Positions 13,040 to 26,384 of a stretch of DNA of 64,000 bases are shown here, in pieces; the stretch's first letter is position 1; every line of letters starts with the position of its first letter. The DNA lies in the NCBI GenBank assembly GCA_951406725.2, contig OX597814.1, positions 14,632,001 through 14,696,000 on the forward strand, given 5' to 3'. A program made the position numbers and the translations under genes. This stretch comes from Octopus vulgaris. Its lineage: Eukaryota. The notes beneath the pieces are model-generated. The model was not told the origin of the DNA and made no database searches. It worked only from the letters and a program-made list of their open reading frames with translations.

Positions 13040-16000
13040 GTGTGTGTGTATATGGTATAAGTTAGAGGTGTTAAGCCCTCTAAGGAATAGAAGTATCCAG
13101 TGCCACTCCTGGTAATTACCTCAGTAAGTTTAGTCCTTGGTATAAGGTATACGACAGCAGGTAATATATAATGGTAAACTGCAGTTTAATGTATATATAG
13201 ATGATAAGCAAATGGAGGAAAAACAAACAATAGAAGTATATCTTTGATGCTAAAAAGCCATTATTTAATTAGTTAAGCAAGGTGAAGGTGAAGGTAAGAA
13301 TGAGTTTACGGCTGTTCCTGTGTACCTTATTGAGGTAAATATGTATTTACCTCGTTGCAAATGGTAGACGTCATCAGAACGAAGAAGGCAGGCATAGACA
13401 AAGAGGAGAATAGAGCGAAAGATAGAGGGAGAAATCGGAAAATTTAATGTTCAATGATTCGAAAGTCTTACATTTTAGTTGGTTTCAAAGTTCATTAAAT
13501 CCATTGTGAGGCAGTTGAAGAATAGAGATTGGTTGAATCTGAAGAATCTTAGTTATTAGCATGACTTCCACGAGTACGATTTAGCGTGTAAAGACAAAGT
13601 ATCGGAATGATATTTAGGTTTGAGGAGTGCAATGAAAAGGAAAAGAAAAAAAGATAGAAGAGGGATAATGTAACGCGGAAAAAGAGTTGGTAGTTCTCGA
13701 CTGAAAAGAATTATAGGAAAAAGGTAGGCTATCGTAGAAAGTTGATTAGGTATATTATTTATTGATAATATGTTTGGGTTAGGCTAGCGTAGGATATAGC
13801 TATTTTTATTTATTTATAATGTGGTTCGGGACGGTTAAGGGGATGTAATACGCTGATAAGTACGAGGGGCGTTCATTAAGTAATGCCTCTGACCCATTTC
13901 CCATACCAGTAGAGCAACAAAACATGGCACATTTATTAGTCTTTTTCTACATAGAAACTACCCAGAGTTACGCATTTCTACCATCGTTTGATGCAGCTCT
14001 GGAGACCGTTTTTGTAGAAGACCCCAGCTTGGTCCTCCAACTACGACGTGACTTCAGAAATCGAGGCTGCATCATCTGGGAATCGCTTTCCTTTCAAAAT
14101 CAACTTCATGGCTGGGAAGAGGTGAAAATCAGAGGGTGCAAGGTCAGGAGAGTAGGGGGTGGAGGAGCAGTTCATAGCCACACGCCTGTGCTTCTGATCT
14201 GGCGACACGCGAGTTGTGGACCGGAGCGTTGTCCTGCAGGAGGAGGATGCCTTTGCTGATCTTGCCCCGCCTCTGATTTTGATAGCTTCTCTTAATTTCC
14301 TCAAAAGTGGAGCATAATAGGCTCCTGTAATTGTGGTACCCTTTGCCAGGAAATCTGTCATCACTACTCCGTCCTGGTCCCAGAAGACTGTGAGCATGAC
14401 CTTGCCAGCGGAGGGCTGCACACTTGTCTTCTTTGGAGGAGGTGAGTCACGGTGCTTCCACTGCATTGACTGGGCTTTGGTCTCTGGATCATAGTGATGG
14501 ACCCAGGTTTTATCCTGTGTGATCAGTCTTTTGAAAAATTTGAACTCATCTTCTTGGCACATCTCCAAATTCATCCCCGAGCACTCGACGCGTTCTTGCT
14601 TCTGGAAAGGTGTGAGCAGCCTGGGAATCCATCTGGCAGACACCTTTTGCATATGCAAATGGTCATAAATGATAGTTTCCACAGACCCAGTACTAATCTT
14701 GACCTCATCGGCTATTTGGCGAATAGTTATGCGTCGATCTTCCAAAATGGCAGCCTCAACTTGACGGACAGATGCCTCATCAATGGCAGAAGGGGGGCGA
14801 CTAGATCTGAGAGCTGTTTCCACAGAGTTCCGACCATGTTTGAATTCACAATGCCAGCGTTATACAAGGTCATATGATGGGGCATCATCACCATAAGTTA
14901 CTTTCATTCCATCAAAAGTCTCCCGTGGTGTGCGTCCTTTCAAATACAAAAACCGGATCACGGCTCGACACTCAACAGGCTCCATTTCAGACTTGACTCA
15001 GTTCAAACACCTGTAAATCAGAAATCACAATTAGTTCAGAGCTGTAATTTGCCACTTAATCTATAGAGATATAAATTATTGCACATGCTAGATCAAACAA
15101 CTGCAAGTGGGTCAGGGGCATTACTTATTGAACGTCCCTCGTAGGTCTGCTAATAACATTTAAGCTAGGAGATAGCGGTGTATACAAGAATAGGAGTGTT
15201 TAACAAAACTTTTAGAATACGAACCGGCCTTTATGCAAGCAAAGAAATTATTTTCATATCTTTTTATTGAGTAGAGGTGACTTGGCCATTAAAATTAGTA
15301 GTTTCTCTGTTAAACAGAGCTTACAGTACTTATTGTTAATGGTATAAGACGGCGTTTTTGCTAGGATACGCCATTCTAACCTATAGCTGATTTTTTTTTG
15401 TCTTTTAATTCCTAGATGTAGCTACTAAGTCCTGTAGAGTTTGCTTTACTTCTATTTCTAAAGGTAGATTGGTGGGGTTTGTATCTAAGTATCATTTCAT
15501 TTTTCGTGGCTCCTGTATCAGATTTCGTATAGTTATTTGCGAGTACATTGCATTCGTATATTACGTTTTTTATTTTACACCTATTGGAGAAATTACACTT
15601 ATTTCTGTCTCCGCAGCCATAAAGATTATTCAGTTTATGTGTGCTTGTGTTATGCTGTAAGAGTTATTATTTATCAGGTCGTTGTCCGTGTTGTTTGAGG
15701 GTGAGTTATTAGGGATGAGATATATTTTATTTGCCTGTTGGCATTTATGTTTTATGTTGGTATTTTTCTTAGTTTCCTAGAAGGCATCTAGCTTTATTAT
15801 TGTTGATCGAGGCTATCTATGATGGTAACTATGTTACTAGTTAGACTATGGCCTACTCTAATTTTATTCTTTAAGATTACTGAGTATTTTACTATCTGTA
15901 AATAATAAAGACAAGGTTAGCTAATCTTCAGGTTTTGTTACCTGTACGTTGTTTACATTGTCGTGTGGAGATTATCAGGTGAAACGTTCGTAGTCCACTC

Positions 16001-16210
16001 CTTGCTTTTAGCGATTTTTATTCGCATTTTAACAAATTTAATTGCTAAACTATGAGTTGTAGGGTGACTATCAGCATATTGAAATCCTTTTTAATTTCGA
16101 TATGGGACGAAATATGTAATCTACGATGCTAATAAATTTGTTTTATCGCATTTGTCCACTTTTTATCATCTGTACTAGCCACATAAATGCTCGAACCTTA
16201 CTAACTACAC
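13040..16210 (-). mobile_element. Decayed Penelope-like sequence interrupted by a mariner
   Basis: GIY-YIG at about 15290-15570: NVIYECNV...GATKNEMILRY...STFRNRSKANSTGLSSYI*ELKD and WRILAKTPSYTINNKYCKLCLTEK. Degenerate hammerhead at 13302-13381. Boundaries approximate; may be more than one element. Confidence 0.7.
13863..15141 (-). mobile_element. Full-length mariner (DD34D) transposon, inactivated
   Basis: About 35-bp TIRs CGAGGGRCGTTCAWTAAGTAATGCCYCTGACCCA; TA TSD at 13861-13862 and 15142-15143. Transposase ATG at 14985 (-), in-frame TAA at 14860-14862, WIPRLL and YSPDLAPSD motifs, frameshifts at about 14170-14275. Confidence 0.95.
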
Positions 16211-16498
16211 TTGGATCCCTGGGTCGTACATATATATTACTCTGTGTGTGTGCGCGCGCGCGTACGGAAGTGTGTGTGTGTGTGATAAATAGTCACAAAG
16301 TACATTATATTAATCTATTACTCTAAGTGTGTGTGCGTGCCTATGTGTGAGTGTATGTGTGTGTGTATGTGTGTGTGTGTGTGTTAAAATAGTCACAGAG
16401 TACATTATACACTTTGATTTTGCATTTGCTGGCTAGAGGAAAGCATTTGGGTGAGTTGGGGCGGAACCCACAATTACATCCTTTAAACAATCTACCTA

Positions 16499-17471
<973 letters not shown>

Positions 17472-18279
17472 CATACTGGGAGAAAGGAAAGAAACGGTAT
17501 CTATGTATGCATGTATGTTTGTATGTGTATGTTTGATTCGTGACAAATTGCAGTTTTAATTTCTGTAGATATAACCTTAGCAAAATTGCAGTTTGTTTCG
17601 GTTTTCTGAATTTCAATAGCAGGATAGGTTGTGTAATGCAATATAGAGGGAAAGATTATAGAGCTATTTGAAATTCATTATTTGTTCGGCTTCACGAATC
17701 CAAGGAAATTTCTTTTTCCTAAATTTTCAAAGGAGACGTATCTACATTAAAATACGTTTGTAGATAGGAAAGAATAGAAGTCTGTGTGATGACAGAAGTG
17801 TATTTATAGAAAGAGAAAGGATGTAAGAAAAGGAGAAACACGTATGTTTATGTGTGTGTGCGTTTGTGTGTGGTATGTTTGTGTCTGTCTGTCTGTCTGT
17901 CTGTCTGCCTGACTGTATATGTGTGTGCGCGTGCGCACGTGTGTGTGAGGAGAAGTGGAAAGATAAGGAATAAACAAGTCAAGAAAAGGTATGGGGATAG
18001 AATTAATGACCAGAATGTATGGCTGTTATTTCTCTATTTTCTCCTCTACTTCCTTTCTGTTTATTTGATTCATTCCTAACTCTACCGCATACCGACTTAC
18101 AAACACCTATTTTTCTATATTTATATCCATTTTACTCCCACTTGCCTCTTTCTCTGTATCTCTCCCTTTCTAACATGTCTCCCTCCGTAAATGCGCCTAC
18201 ACCATCACACGCTCTAAGTCTTCTATTTGATTTTCTTTGAGACTACTAGTTTCGTGATCAACATTCGAGAGCATAAGTC

Positions 18280-19200
18280 AAACTTTACACACACTCTTGT
18301 TTCTGTAATTTATTAAAACAAAAATAGGGAACTGCGCAATTACATCATTTTTCGATATCGTCTCCTTGCCTTTCGAGGCACTTATTCTAGTGGTCCACAA
18401 GCTTGTTTATTTCATCGGAGAAGAAAGTTTTCGGCTGACACTGAAGCCGTTTATGCACCGCTTCCAGTACTTCGTCCGTAGCAAATCGACGACTTTGTAA
18501 AGGATGTTTGAATGATCCAAAGCGGTAACAGTCGAAAGGAGCGAAATGTGGACTGTCTGCAATGTGTTCCAGCAACACTAAACTCAATTTTTCAATGATT
18601 TCGACTATGTGGACGGCCGTATGTTGCTGTTCATTTTTATGCAACAATAGCGCCTGTTTTGACAATAGAACTCGGGGTTTGGTGCGAAAGGCTGATTTCA
18701 AAGTTTGTTGGCCAGTATTTTGCTGTAGCCTACACTGGTGATTGTAACCCCCCAAACCTTTTTCTAGATAATGTTCCAGTGTAGCTCCTTTTGCGTCTCA
18801 TAAAAGGGTTAGCATCATTATTTCAGTGGAAGTTTGAGATTTGAATTGCATTTTCGTTGATGATTCCGAGTGTTTCCACTCCATTCTCTGTCTTTTGAAT
18901 TCTGGCTCAACGTGATGACCCTAGGTCTTACATCCTGTAACTATTCTCTAGAGCAAAGCTTTGTTTTCATCGTTATATCGGTCAAGTAAGCATTGACAAA
19001 TTTCCACATAATTGCCCTTATGCGCTACGGTAAAATCTCATAGTACACATCTCGCACAGTCTGTGCCGAAGCGAAGCTTGTCGTGGACGTTTTCGTAATC
19101 AGCATCATAGCTAATTTGCAGAGAACTTACCACCTCACCGACGGTGACTCACCTCTTCGCTATAATTATCACTTAACCTTGTCGAATCTTCACGTCAGTG
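18280..19200 (-). mobile_element. Highly decayed mariner
   Basis: LLLHKN...HTA, SPHFAPFDCYRFGSFK...GRRF-like, EAVHKRL...FFSDEINKLV. Confidence 0.75.
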
Positions 19201-20156
19201 GTGAAAGTTGATGGGCTTCTTACTTTTTCTTCTGCTTTACTCTTGTTCGGCCATTTTTAACGTAACGATCCTCTTATACACACGTATTACGCGGTAGAGT
19301 GTTGTCTCCGTACAGAAAGTTAAATACATACATAGATACATATGTGAGCGTATGTGTGTTTCCGTGTATACATACACACACACACACATGCACACACATG
19401 CACGCACACATACATTTGTATACATTTGTATACATGCTTAACTGCCCATGTACATGTGCTTTGAAAGGGTGCTTGTGAATGCATGAGTATGTGCCTGTAT
19501 ATATATTGGGGTTTAAATGCACATGTGCAACTATGCATATATATATATGTTTGCGCCCGTCTGTGCATTTATATTTGAAAATTACCAGTAATCCAATAAT
19601 ATGTGTAATATGTACTACATAAATTTATGTATGTATATAAGTATGTATGTGTATGTAAGTATGTATGTCTGTAAGTCTATGTATGTATATATAGATATAG
19701 ATATAGATATATGTATATATATATATGAATATATATACATATATACATATATATATATAAGATTCACATGCACTTTAGTTGTGTATGTAAATGTTTTATC
19801 TTTTCAATAAATGTAAAACTTAATCCCGACGAAAGACGACGTCGTCAGACAACTGACAAAATATTCAGCCGTTAAGAACTTTTCATAAATTCAAAATCTA
19901 AAAATACAAGATATGTTTATTGAGAGAGTATACTTTTTGACTATTTTCAATCATTCCACTCCAGTCATAGTGGAGCACGGCTTTGAAGTGCTCTTAGTAG
20001 ATAATTCCATCCCCTGTACTTATTTCTGTCAGTTACTTATTTCATCTTCCTGTATCGCTTCTTGGCAAGTTACCTCACGCTTCAGTGTAAACTTAGTTGA
20101 TTTCTATTGATAGAAGAATCAGCATCTACTAGTTCAAAAAGACCCAGTTGTGTCTA

Positions 20157-20195
20157 CTACTGAGGAGGTGGAAGGTACGCCGAAACGCTGTCTAG
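20157..20195 (+). ncRNA. Canonical-core minimal type I hammerhead ribozyme, sense within the GPCR intron
   Basis: CUA-CUGAGGA-GGUG-GAAGGUA-CGCC-GAAAC-GCU-GUC-UAG; all core nucleotides present; predicted cleavage 3' of C20192. Confidence 0.75.
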
Positions 20196-20219
20196 CTGGT
20201 TGGAGCATTTGTGCTTATG

Positions 20220-20290
<71 letters not shown>

Positions 20291-20329
20291 AAAAAAGGTT
20301 TGAAAATGCAATTTAAACGATGTTTATTT

Positions 20330-20370
20330 ACTTAACCGGTTTCACTCTTTGGTAAAAGATTGTCAAAAGT
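20330..20370 (-). ncRNA. Hammerhead-like motif with U3-A8 core
   Basis: ACUU-UUGACAA-UCUUU-UACC-AAAGA-GU-GAAAC-CG-GUU-AAGU then AAUAAA; the stem II junction is irregular. Confidence 0.5.
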
Positions 20371-20385
20371 TACATTTAAGGAAAC

Positions 20386-20612
20386 ATTGAATAATATGGG
20401 TTCAAAAAAAGTTTTTTACATAATTGTCACATTGAATATTATGCATTCAAAAAAGTTTTTTACATAATTGTCACATTGGATATTATGGGTTAAAAAAAGT
20501 TTTTTACATAATTGTCACATTGAATATTATGCATTCAAAAAAGTTTTTTACATAATTGTCACATTGGATATTATGAATTCAAAAATGTTTTTTTATACAT
20601 AATTGTCACATT
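20386..20612. repeat. Minisatellite, about 44-bp unit, about 5 copies, alternating variants
   Basis: Unit cattgRatattatg(cattc/ggtt)aaaaaagttttttacataattgtca. Confidence 0.9.
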
Positions 20613-21115
20613 ACATGTATAAATATAGTGTTTGGTAACAGAGAAGTTCAATAGTGTGATGAGAATATTTGGGAAAATTTGGCAGAAAAGGATAAAACAA
20701 ATATATTATTGGGAATTGGTTGCGTTAATTATTGGTTGTCGCAAATTGTCACATTACATGTATATATATACAATCTTTGGTATATATATACAGCGTTTTG
20801 ACAGCAAAAATTAAAATGGATTTTTTGTACATCTCAGAATATTTTAAGTATGTTTTTACTGACCTGTCAGTATTAGCAGAAAGGCTGAACTGAGAGAACA
20901 GAAGAAGTAGCCAATGTGGTGTATACTTCCCCTTTATGCATGAATGATTTTGGGGTTATCAGGAGGTTAGTATGCGGGTGTGAATAGATGTGTCCGTGCC
21001 TGCTGGTCAGACAGCGTCTGTTTGTCACACACATATATATACACACAAACACACACACACACAACAACACACACACACACACACATAGTATACAAACACA
21101 CACCACATACAAACA

Positions 21116-21174
<59 letters not shown>

Positions 21175-21248
21175 TATTTGTAAAAAATGAAGTTTGAAAA
21201 TGCTGCTATATTAGACAAATTTTAATTTTTATATATATACATTATTTA

Positions 21249-21291
21249 TTTAACATGTTTCGGTTCTTGAAATGACGAACCTTATCAAAAA
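21249..21291 (-). ncRNA. Hammerhead motif with U3-A8 core
   Basis: UUU-UUGAUAA-GGUUC-GUCAUUUCAA-GAACC-GAAAC-AU-GUU-AAA; perfect 5-bp stem II, palindromic stem III AACAUGUU. Confidence 0.6.
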
Positions 21292-21316
21292 AAATATATA
21301 TATAAAAAAGAGAGTT

Positions 21317-21533
21317 CATGCTATATGTTTAAAGAGTATGATGTAATAGTTCATAATTGTGACATATATTCAATAGAGTCAAATATAAAAAATTCATATA
21401 TAATATTCAATAGAGTCAAATATAAAAAATTCATATATAATAAAGCGAGGCCATGCTATATGTTTAAAGAGTATGATGTAGTAGTTCATAATTGTGACAT
21501 GCATTCAATAGAGTCAAATATAAAAAATTCATG
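21317..21533. repeat. Local tandem duplication (about 135-bp period) with an internal sub-repeat
   Basis: catgctatatgtttaaagagtatgatgta...attcaatagagtcaaatataaaaaattcat occurs twice; the last ~30 bp occur three times. Confidence 0.85.
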
Positions 21534-21829
21534 TTCTTGAAAAAGCGAGGAGTTCATTTTCGATTTTACCTTGTGTTCCAATGGGAGCAACTGTAATGAT
21601 TTTTGGCTGGTGTCTGTTCGTATAGTTTTGGTGAATTTTGTGATTGTTTGGGTTTATATCAGCTCAGCTTAGCTGTCTCACTTGCACTTTTCACTCACGT
21701 CATATAGTTCCAAACCAATCAAAACCCAGTCTCAACGAATATATCCTGTTAGGAAACCAACCAAGCGGAACGACAGTTTGGCCACGGAAGAAATACGTCA
21801 TCCTTTATAAATATATATATATATATAAG

Positions 21830-21975
21830 TTAATCCAAACATGAAAACACAAAGAGAAGACACAGCAACGCGAGGACGTCGAACAAGTATAGTGTTATTG
21901 GACACTCAAGAAAGGAAAGAAAGAAGGATCTAACGTTTCGAGCGGAGCTCTTCGTCAGAAACATAGAAAAAACAA
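21830..21975 (-). mobile_element. Penelope-like 3' terminus with minimal hammerhead (21927-21962)
   Basis: GUUU-CUGACGA-A-GAGC-UCC-GCUC-GAAAC-GUU-AGAU; same family as the motifs at 10031 and 42493; flanked by (TA)n/(CA)n. Confidence 0.75.
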
Positions 21976-22556
21976 TACACACACACACACATATATATAC
22001 ATATATATATATATACATATGGATGGATGGATGGATGGATGGATGGATGGATGGATGGATATAATTTATGAAGAGAAGTTATTTTTCATTACAATAACCA
22101 ACAGTGAAGAGTAATTTTCAATTCCAAGTGTTCAGGAATGTGATCGAAAGAAATGGAGGAATCAATACACGTGTTTATATATGTATATATATTTATGCAT
22201 GTGTGCATGAATGTAAGCTAACTTTTTGTATGAATGCATGCATGAATCTACATACGCATGTATGCATGTAGATAAATATATATACATATATGTGTGTGTA
22301 TTATGTCTGTATTTATACCTATCTGTCTATGCACGTATCTATCCAACTCTCTCTCTCTCTCCTCTCTCCCCTCTCTCTCTCTCTCTCTATCATTGTCGTA
22401 TGTACCCTTCCCTGATTTAAAACTTTATCGGTGGGTTGCTGGAGGTGTATTTCGATGCCATTCCTTCCGTATCGATTAGCACGCTTATTAGCTCATTTGT
22501 ATACATATAGAAGCTGTATTTGTGAATGTGTGTAGTCACAATTCTATAAGCGCGCA

Positions 22557-22595
<39 letters not shown>

Positions 22596-24499
22596 ACATG
22601 TGTGTATGTGCATATGTGTGTGTGCGTGACTGTGTGTGAATGCGTGTGCGTGAGTGTATATGTGTGTGTATGTATGTATGTATGTATGTATGTATGTATG
22701 TATGTATGAGTGAGAGAGAGAGAGAGAGAAAATAAATGTCCTGAATACTGAACGAAATACAGTACTGCTAATGGTCGGAGGAATTCTGAGATAAGTAATG
22801 TCGGAAGATAATCATTTTAAGAAGATAAGGAGACTTTTTTGCTAGAGTAACTATTAGTCTCTTTTTTAATATTCAGTTAAGAGGAATGTTAGGATTTGGG
22901 ATACTACTGGAGCTATCAAAATTGTTGTATACATAATTATCATGTTGGAAACTTGAACTTATATACGTATGTCTCTTGGCTATGTAGTGAGTTCTATACA
23001 TGAGCTACACTGTCGCTTGTTTCAGTATCGAATTAATGCATTGGTAATTTTCATTACTGCTGCATCACTGATTTAGTTCTTACCAATCAACAGAATGTAT
23101 TTGTTTAGTAATATCATCGCCCAATCTGTTTCTCTCTTGAGCTTTCGGGAAGCTAAAGAAATTATCAACGCTAAATATCTTCAATCTCTGAAGTGAAAGC
23201 CTAGTCTTTCACGCAGTTTTGATAATACGAATAACATAAAATTATCAAAAGAAGAGATATTCACAAATATACAACCACGTAGTCATAGCTGAAAAGATAA
23301 CATAGAAACAATCATACTATAGTTAAGTGACTAATACGACACAAACCACTCTATAACAGGACACGGTAGGTACACAATGGCAGCACACCATAACAGTAAA
23401 CACGTCACACAGAAGTCCATATCTAACACATCCAAGTCTTAATAATATGAAACAACGTTTAATGCTAACACAAATGAAAGAATCAACGATTTGGAAAACC
23501 CAACGGATAAAATTTTAAACAAATCGATTAAAGAGATAAAATTAATATAAACCGAGGACAAACTAGAATAACCAAATAAAATGTGAAAAGTAAGCTAACC
23601 GTGGATTAGAAATAATTACAGAGCAAATAAATGAAATAGGAAAGCAGCATTAAACATCATAATATAAACCACAGCATGTGTAGTAAGCTAATGAAGTAAC
23701 ATTTTGAGTCATTTAGGGAACATTTACGTTGTCATTCGGTCTGCAAAAAAATAACAGCTAAAATCCCAGCAAATCACACCAAATGGAGAGACTGAATAAT
23801 TTCGTGAAAGATATAAAAATAATGGGTTGGTCACGCCTGGAATTTATTTGATCATAATTGAATCAGTGTGATCTAGGATTAAACGACGATACTAACCAGT
23901 GTTTTCTGAGGCAAAGTAATACAATTAAACACAAATGATCTTAAAATCTACAGTTCAGTCACATGCTTTTTATATCTACAAGACCTTCTGTAGTAATATT
24001 AACTTTTACAAAAATGTTCTTTCTCCTAACGAAATTATAATAGTTTTTGATGAAATATATTCTCTGGAAAACGTTTTTGATAAACAGAGCAATGTTTATA
24101 GATTAAGGCTAATATATTGAATGGGTTTACCACAAAAAAAGAGGTATGATGGTGTTCTGTATTCATGGCTTCTTGAAAAAATGGGGATGTGTAAATGATC
24201 TACACCCTCACATATATTTTATGAAAACAGAAATACATCGAGGATGATGACACCAAGTGACATGCCAACGCCGAAACACAGTTGCAAAATATTTTACGAC
24301 TTACATTCTGTTTTAGAGTATACTTCTGATAACGCCTGTTACCATCGCTACGAAGGGTAAAGGATTCCAGCGGGGATGTCAGGATGGAATTTGATTTTCA
24401 GAACTGCGTCAGAATCACTTCAAAATGTTGAGATTGACTAAATCGATGAAATTACTGATAATGAAATCATCTGAATATCAAATGAATTTGTAAGAGATA

Positions 24500-25989
24500 A
24501 TAGCTGGAGTCCAAAGAATTCTCAAAGCTTTTAGAAAAATCAGATTGCTTTAAACATTAAAGCCACTCTATTCGGCTTCAAAGGTCGCAGCTGAAAGACG
24601 AGATCTTATATTTGATGAAAACGGATTCGAAGTGCTTCCCAACAAAATATTGCCTGAGCCTTATTCTAAAACGGAATTTGAAGTCAGGACGTCGATTTTC
24701 TGACTGGCTTACAGTCGTATAAGAATATATTGGAAGACGGCAAGACTTCTACCCATCTTTATTGAAGAATGAGACGGAAAAAATTATATGATATCCAATG
24801 GCTGTTTGAAAGTGGAAATAGCGTAGATCACTAGAAAATGCATCCACAGGCAGACAAGGAAATTAGCGCTTAACGGTCGACACCAATAAAACAAAATGGG
24901 TGATCCAGTTTCATTACACATAATGAGGTATTTCATCAAGATGTCTATAAATTATTATCTGTAGAGATAATTGGAACACTTTCTGCGTAGGAACCGGAAG
25001 AATGATATAGATAGAATGCGAGATATGGGCATAAAAGTATTCTCTGTCAATATCGGAGCACTGACCGGTGTAAACCAGTGGGGCGGAATGAATTGAAGAA
25101 CTGTCTGGAAAAATCTTCCAGAGTGAAGTCTAGATAACAATTCTCCTTCGAAGAACCTATATTAGCAAACAGACCTATAAAACAAAGAAAAGCAAGACTT
25201 CTACAGAGTATAATGCGTGTAATTTTTACTCAATAACAACAACAGCCATAACACTAGCAAGAGCTGTAATAGAACTGGGTCTTACTTGTGTTAAACTTGA
25301 AAGTATAACAAAGAAGGATCAGTTTGAAATGTGGGAGGTACGAAAAGAAATCAAGATACATGGGCAGACACCAACAATATGGAAAAAACAACACTCAAAG
25401 TGAAAGTGGCTCAGGGTGCAGATTTAAAGAGAGAAGCGAAGTGAATATAGTTGGTTGCTCAAGATCATGTTCTATGCTCTAATTCAGTAAGGATACTTAT
25501 TCCACTACTTCAGCGAACAAATGCTGCTTATGTCATCAGAGAATCGAAAGTAACGATTATATTGCAGCAATGCCAGGATCAAATTTGTCTCAATTTACAT
25601 TAACCCCTTGGTAAAAAAAAATGGGGGGGGGTGCTAGTCGATTACGTCGACTCCAGTGTTTCACTGATACTTACTTTATCAATCCCGAAAGGATGAACGG
25701 CAAAGTCCACCTCAGCGGAATTTGAAATCAGAACGCAACGACGGGCGAAATACCTATTTCTTTATTACCCACAAGGGGCTAAACATAGAGGGGACAAACA
25801 AGGATAGACATAACTATTAAGTCGATTACATCGACCCCAGTACGTAACTGGTACTTAATTTATCGACCCCGAAAGGATGAAAGGCAAAGACGACCTCGGC
25901 GGAATTTGAACTCGCAACGTAATACGGACGAAATACGGCTACGCTTTTCGCCCGGCGTGCTAACGTTTCTGCCAGCTCGCTGCTTAATA

Positions 25990-26021
<32 letters not shown>

Positions 26022-26384
26022 AGAGACTTCCCAGTATGTACATACTGGACCGTCAAGGCAAATAAACTAGATATTGCTGTGAAAGACAAAAGCAATAAAG
26101 TCTGTTTATTGATTGACACGAGCATACCCTGTGACCATGATATCCAGGCAAAAAAAATTGATAAGCTCGGAAAATATAAAGATTTGCTAATCGAAATCGA
26201 AAAGATGTGGCATCTCAAGACAGTTACAATACCAGTGATTGTAAGAGCACTTGGAATGGTCAAAAAAAAGAAACTGAACATTAATTTTAAGAATGATCCT
26301 TGGCTTTCCCTATCTATACAGGAGGTGCAAAAGATTGTCTTAATTGGTACGTCCCACGTATTGAGAAGAGCATTGTCGCTGTGA
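24500..26384 (+). mobile_element. Decayed R4/Dong-type REL-endonuclease LINE interrupted by SINE A and (GAT)n
   Basis: HPQAD, HGQ, DLKRE...AQD and KCCLC remnants; REL C-terminus ANKLDIAVKDK...CLLIDTSIP...KLGKYKDLLIEIEKMW...IPVIVRALG...VQKIVLIGTSHVLRRAL. Confidence 0.75.
25630..25985 (-). mobile_element. SINE family A with partial duplication
   Basis: Full copy at 25754-25985 followed by a partial unit joined at gaaatac|ctatttcttta. Confidence 0.85.

Noticed and set aside
19820-19890. CCGACGA plus GACGACGTCGTC palindrome
   Set aside because: No GAAA or stem III; function unsupported.
20386-20612. CRISPR-like periodic array
   Set aside because: No unique spacers, no cas genes, eukaryotic context; it is a minisatellite.
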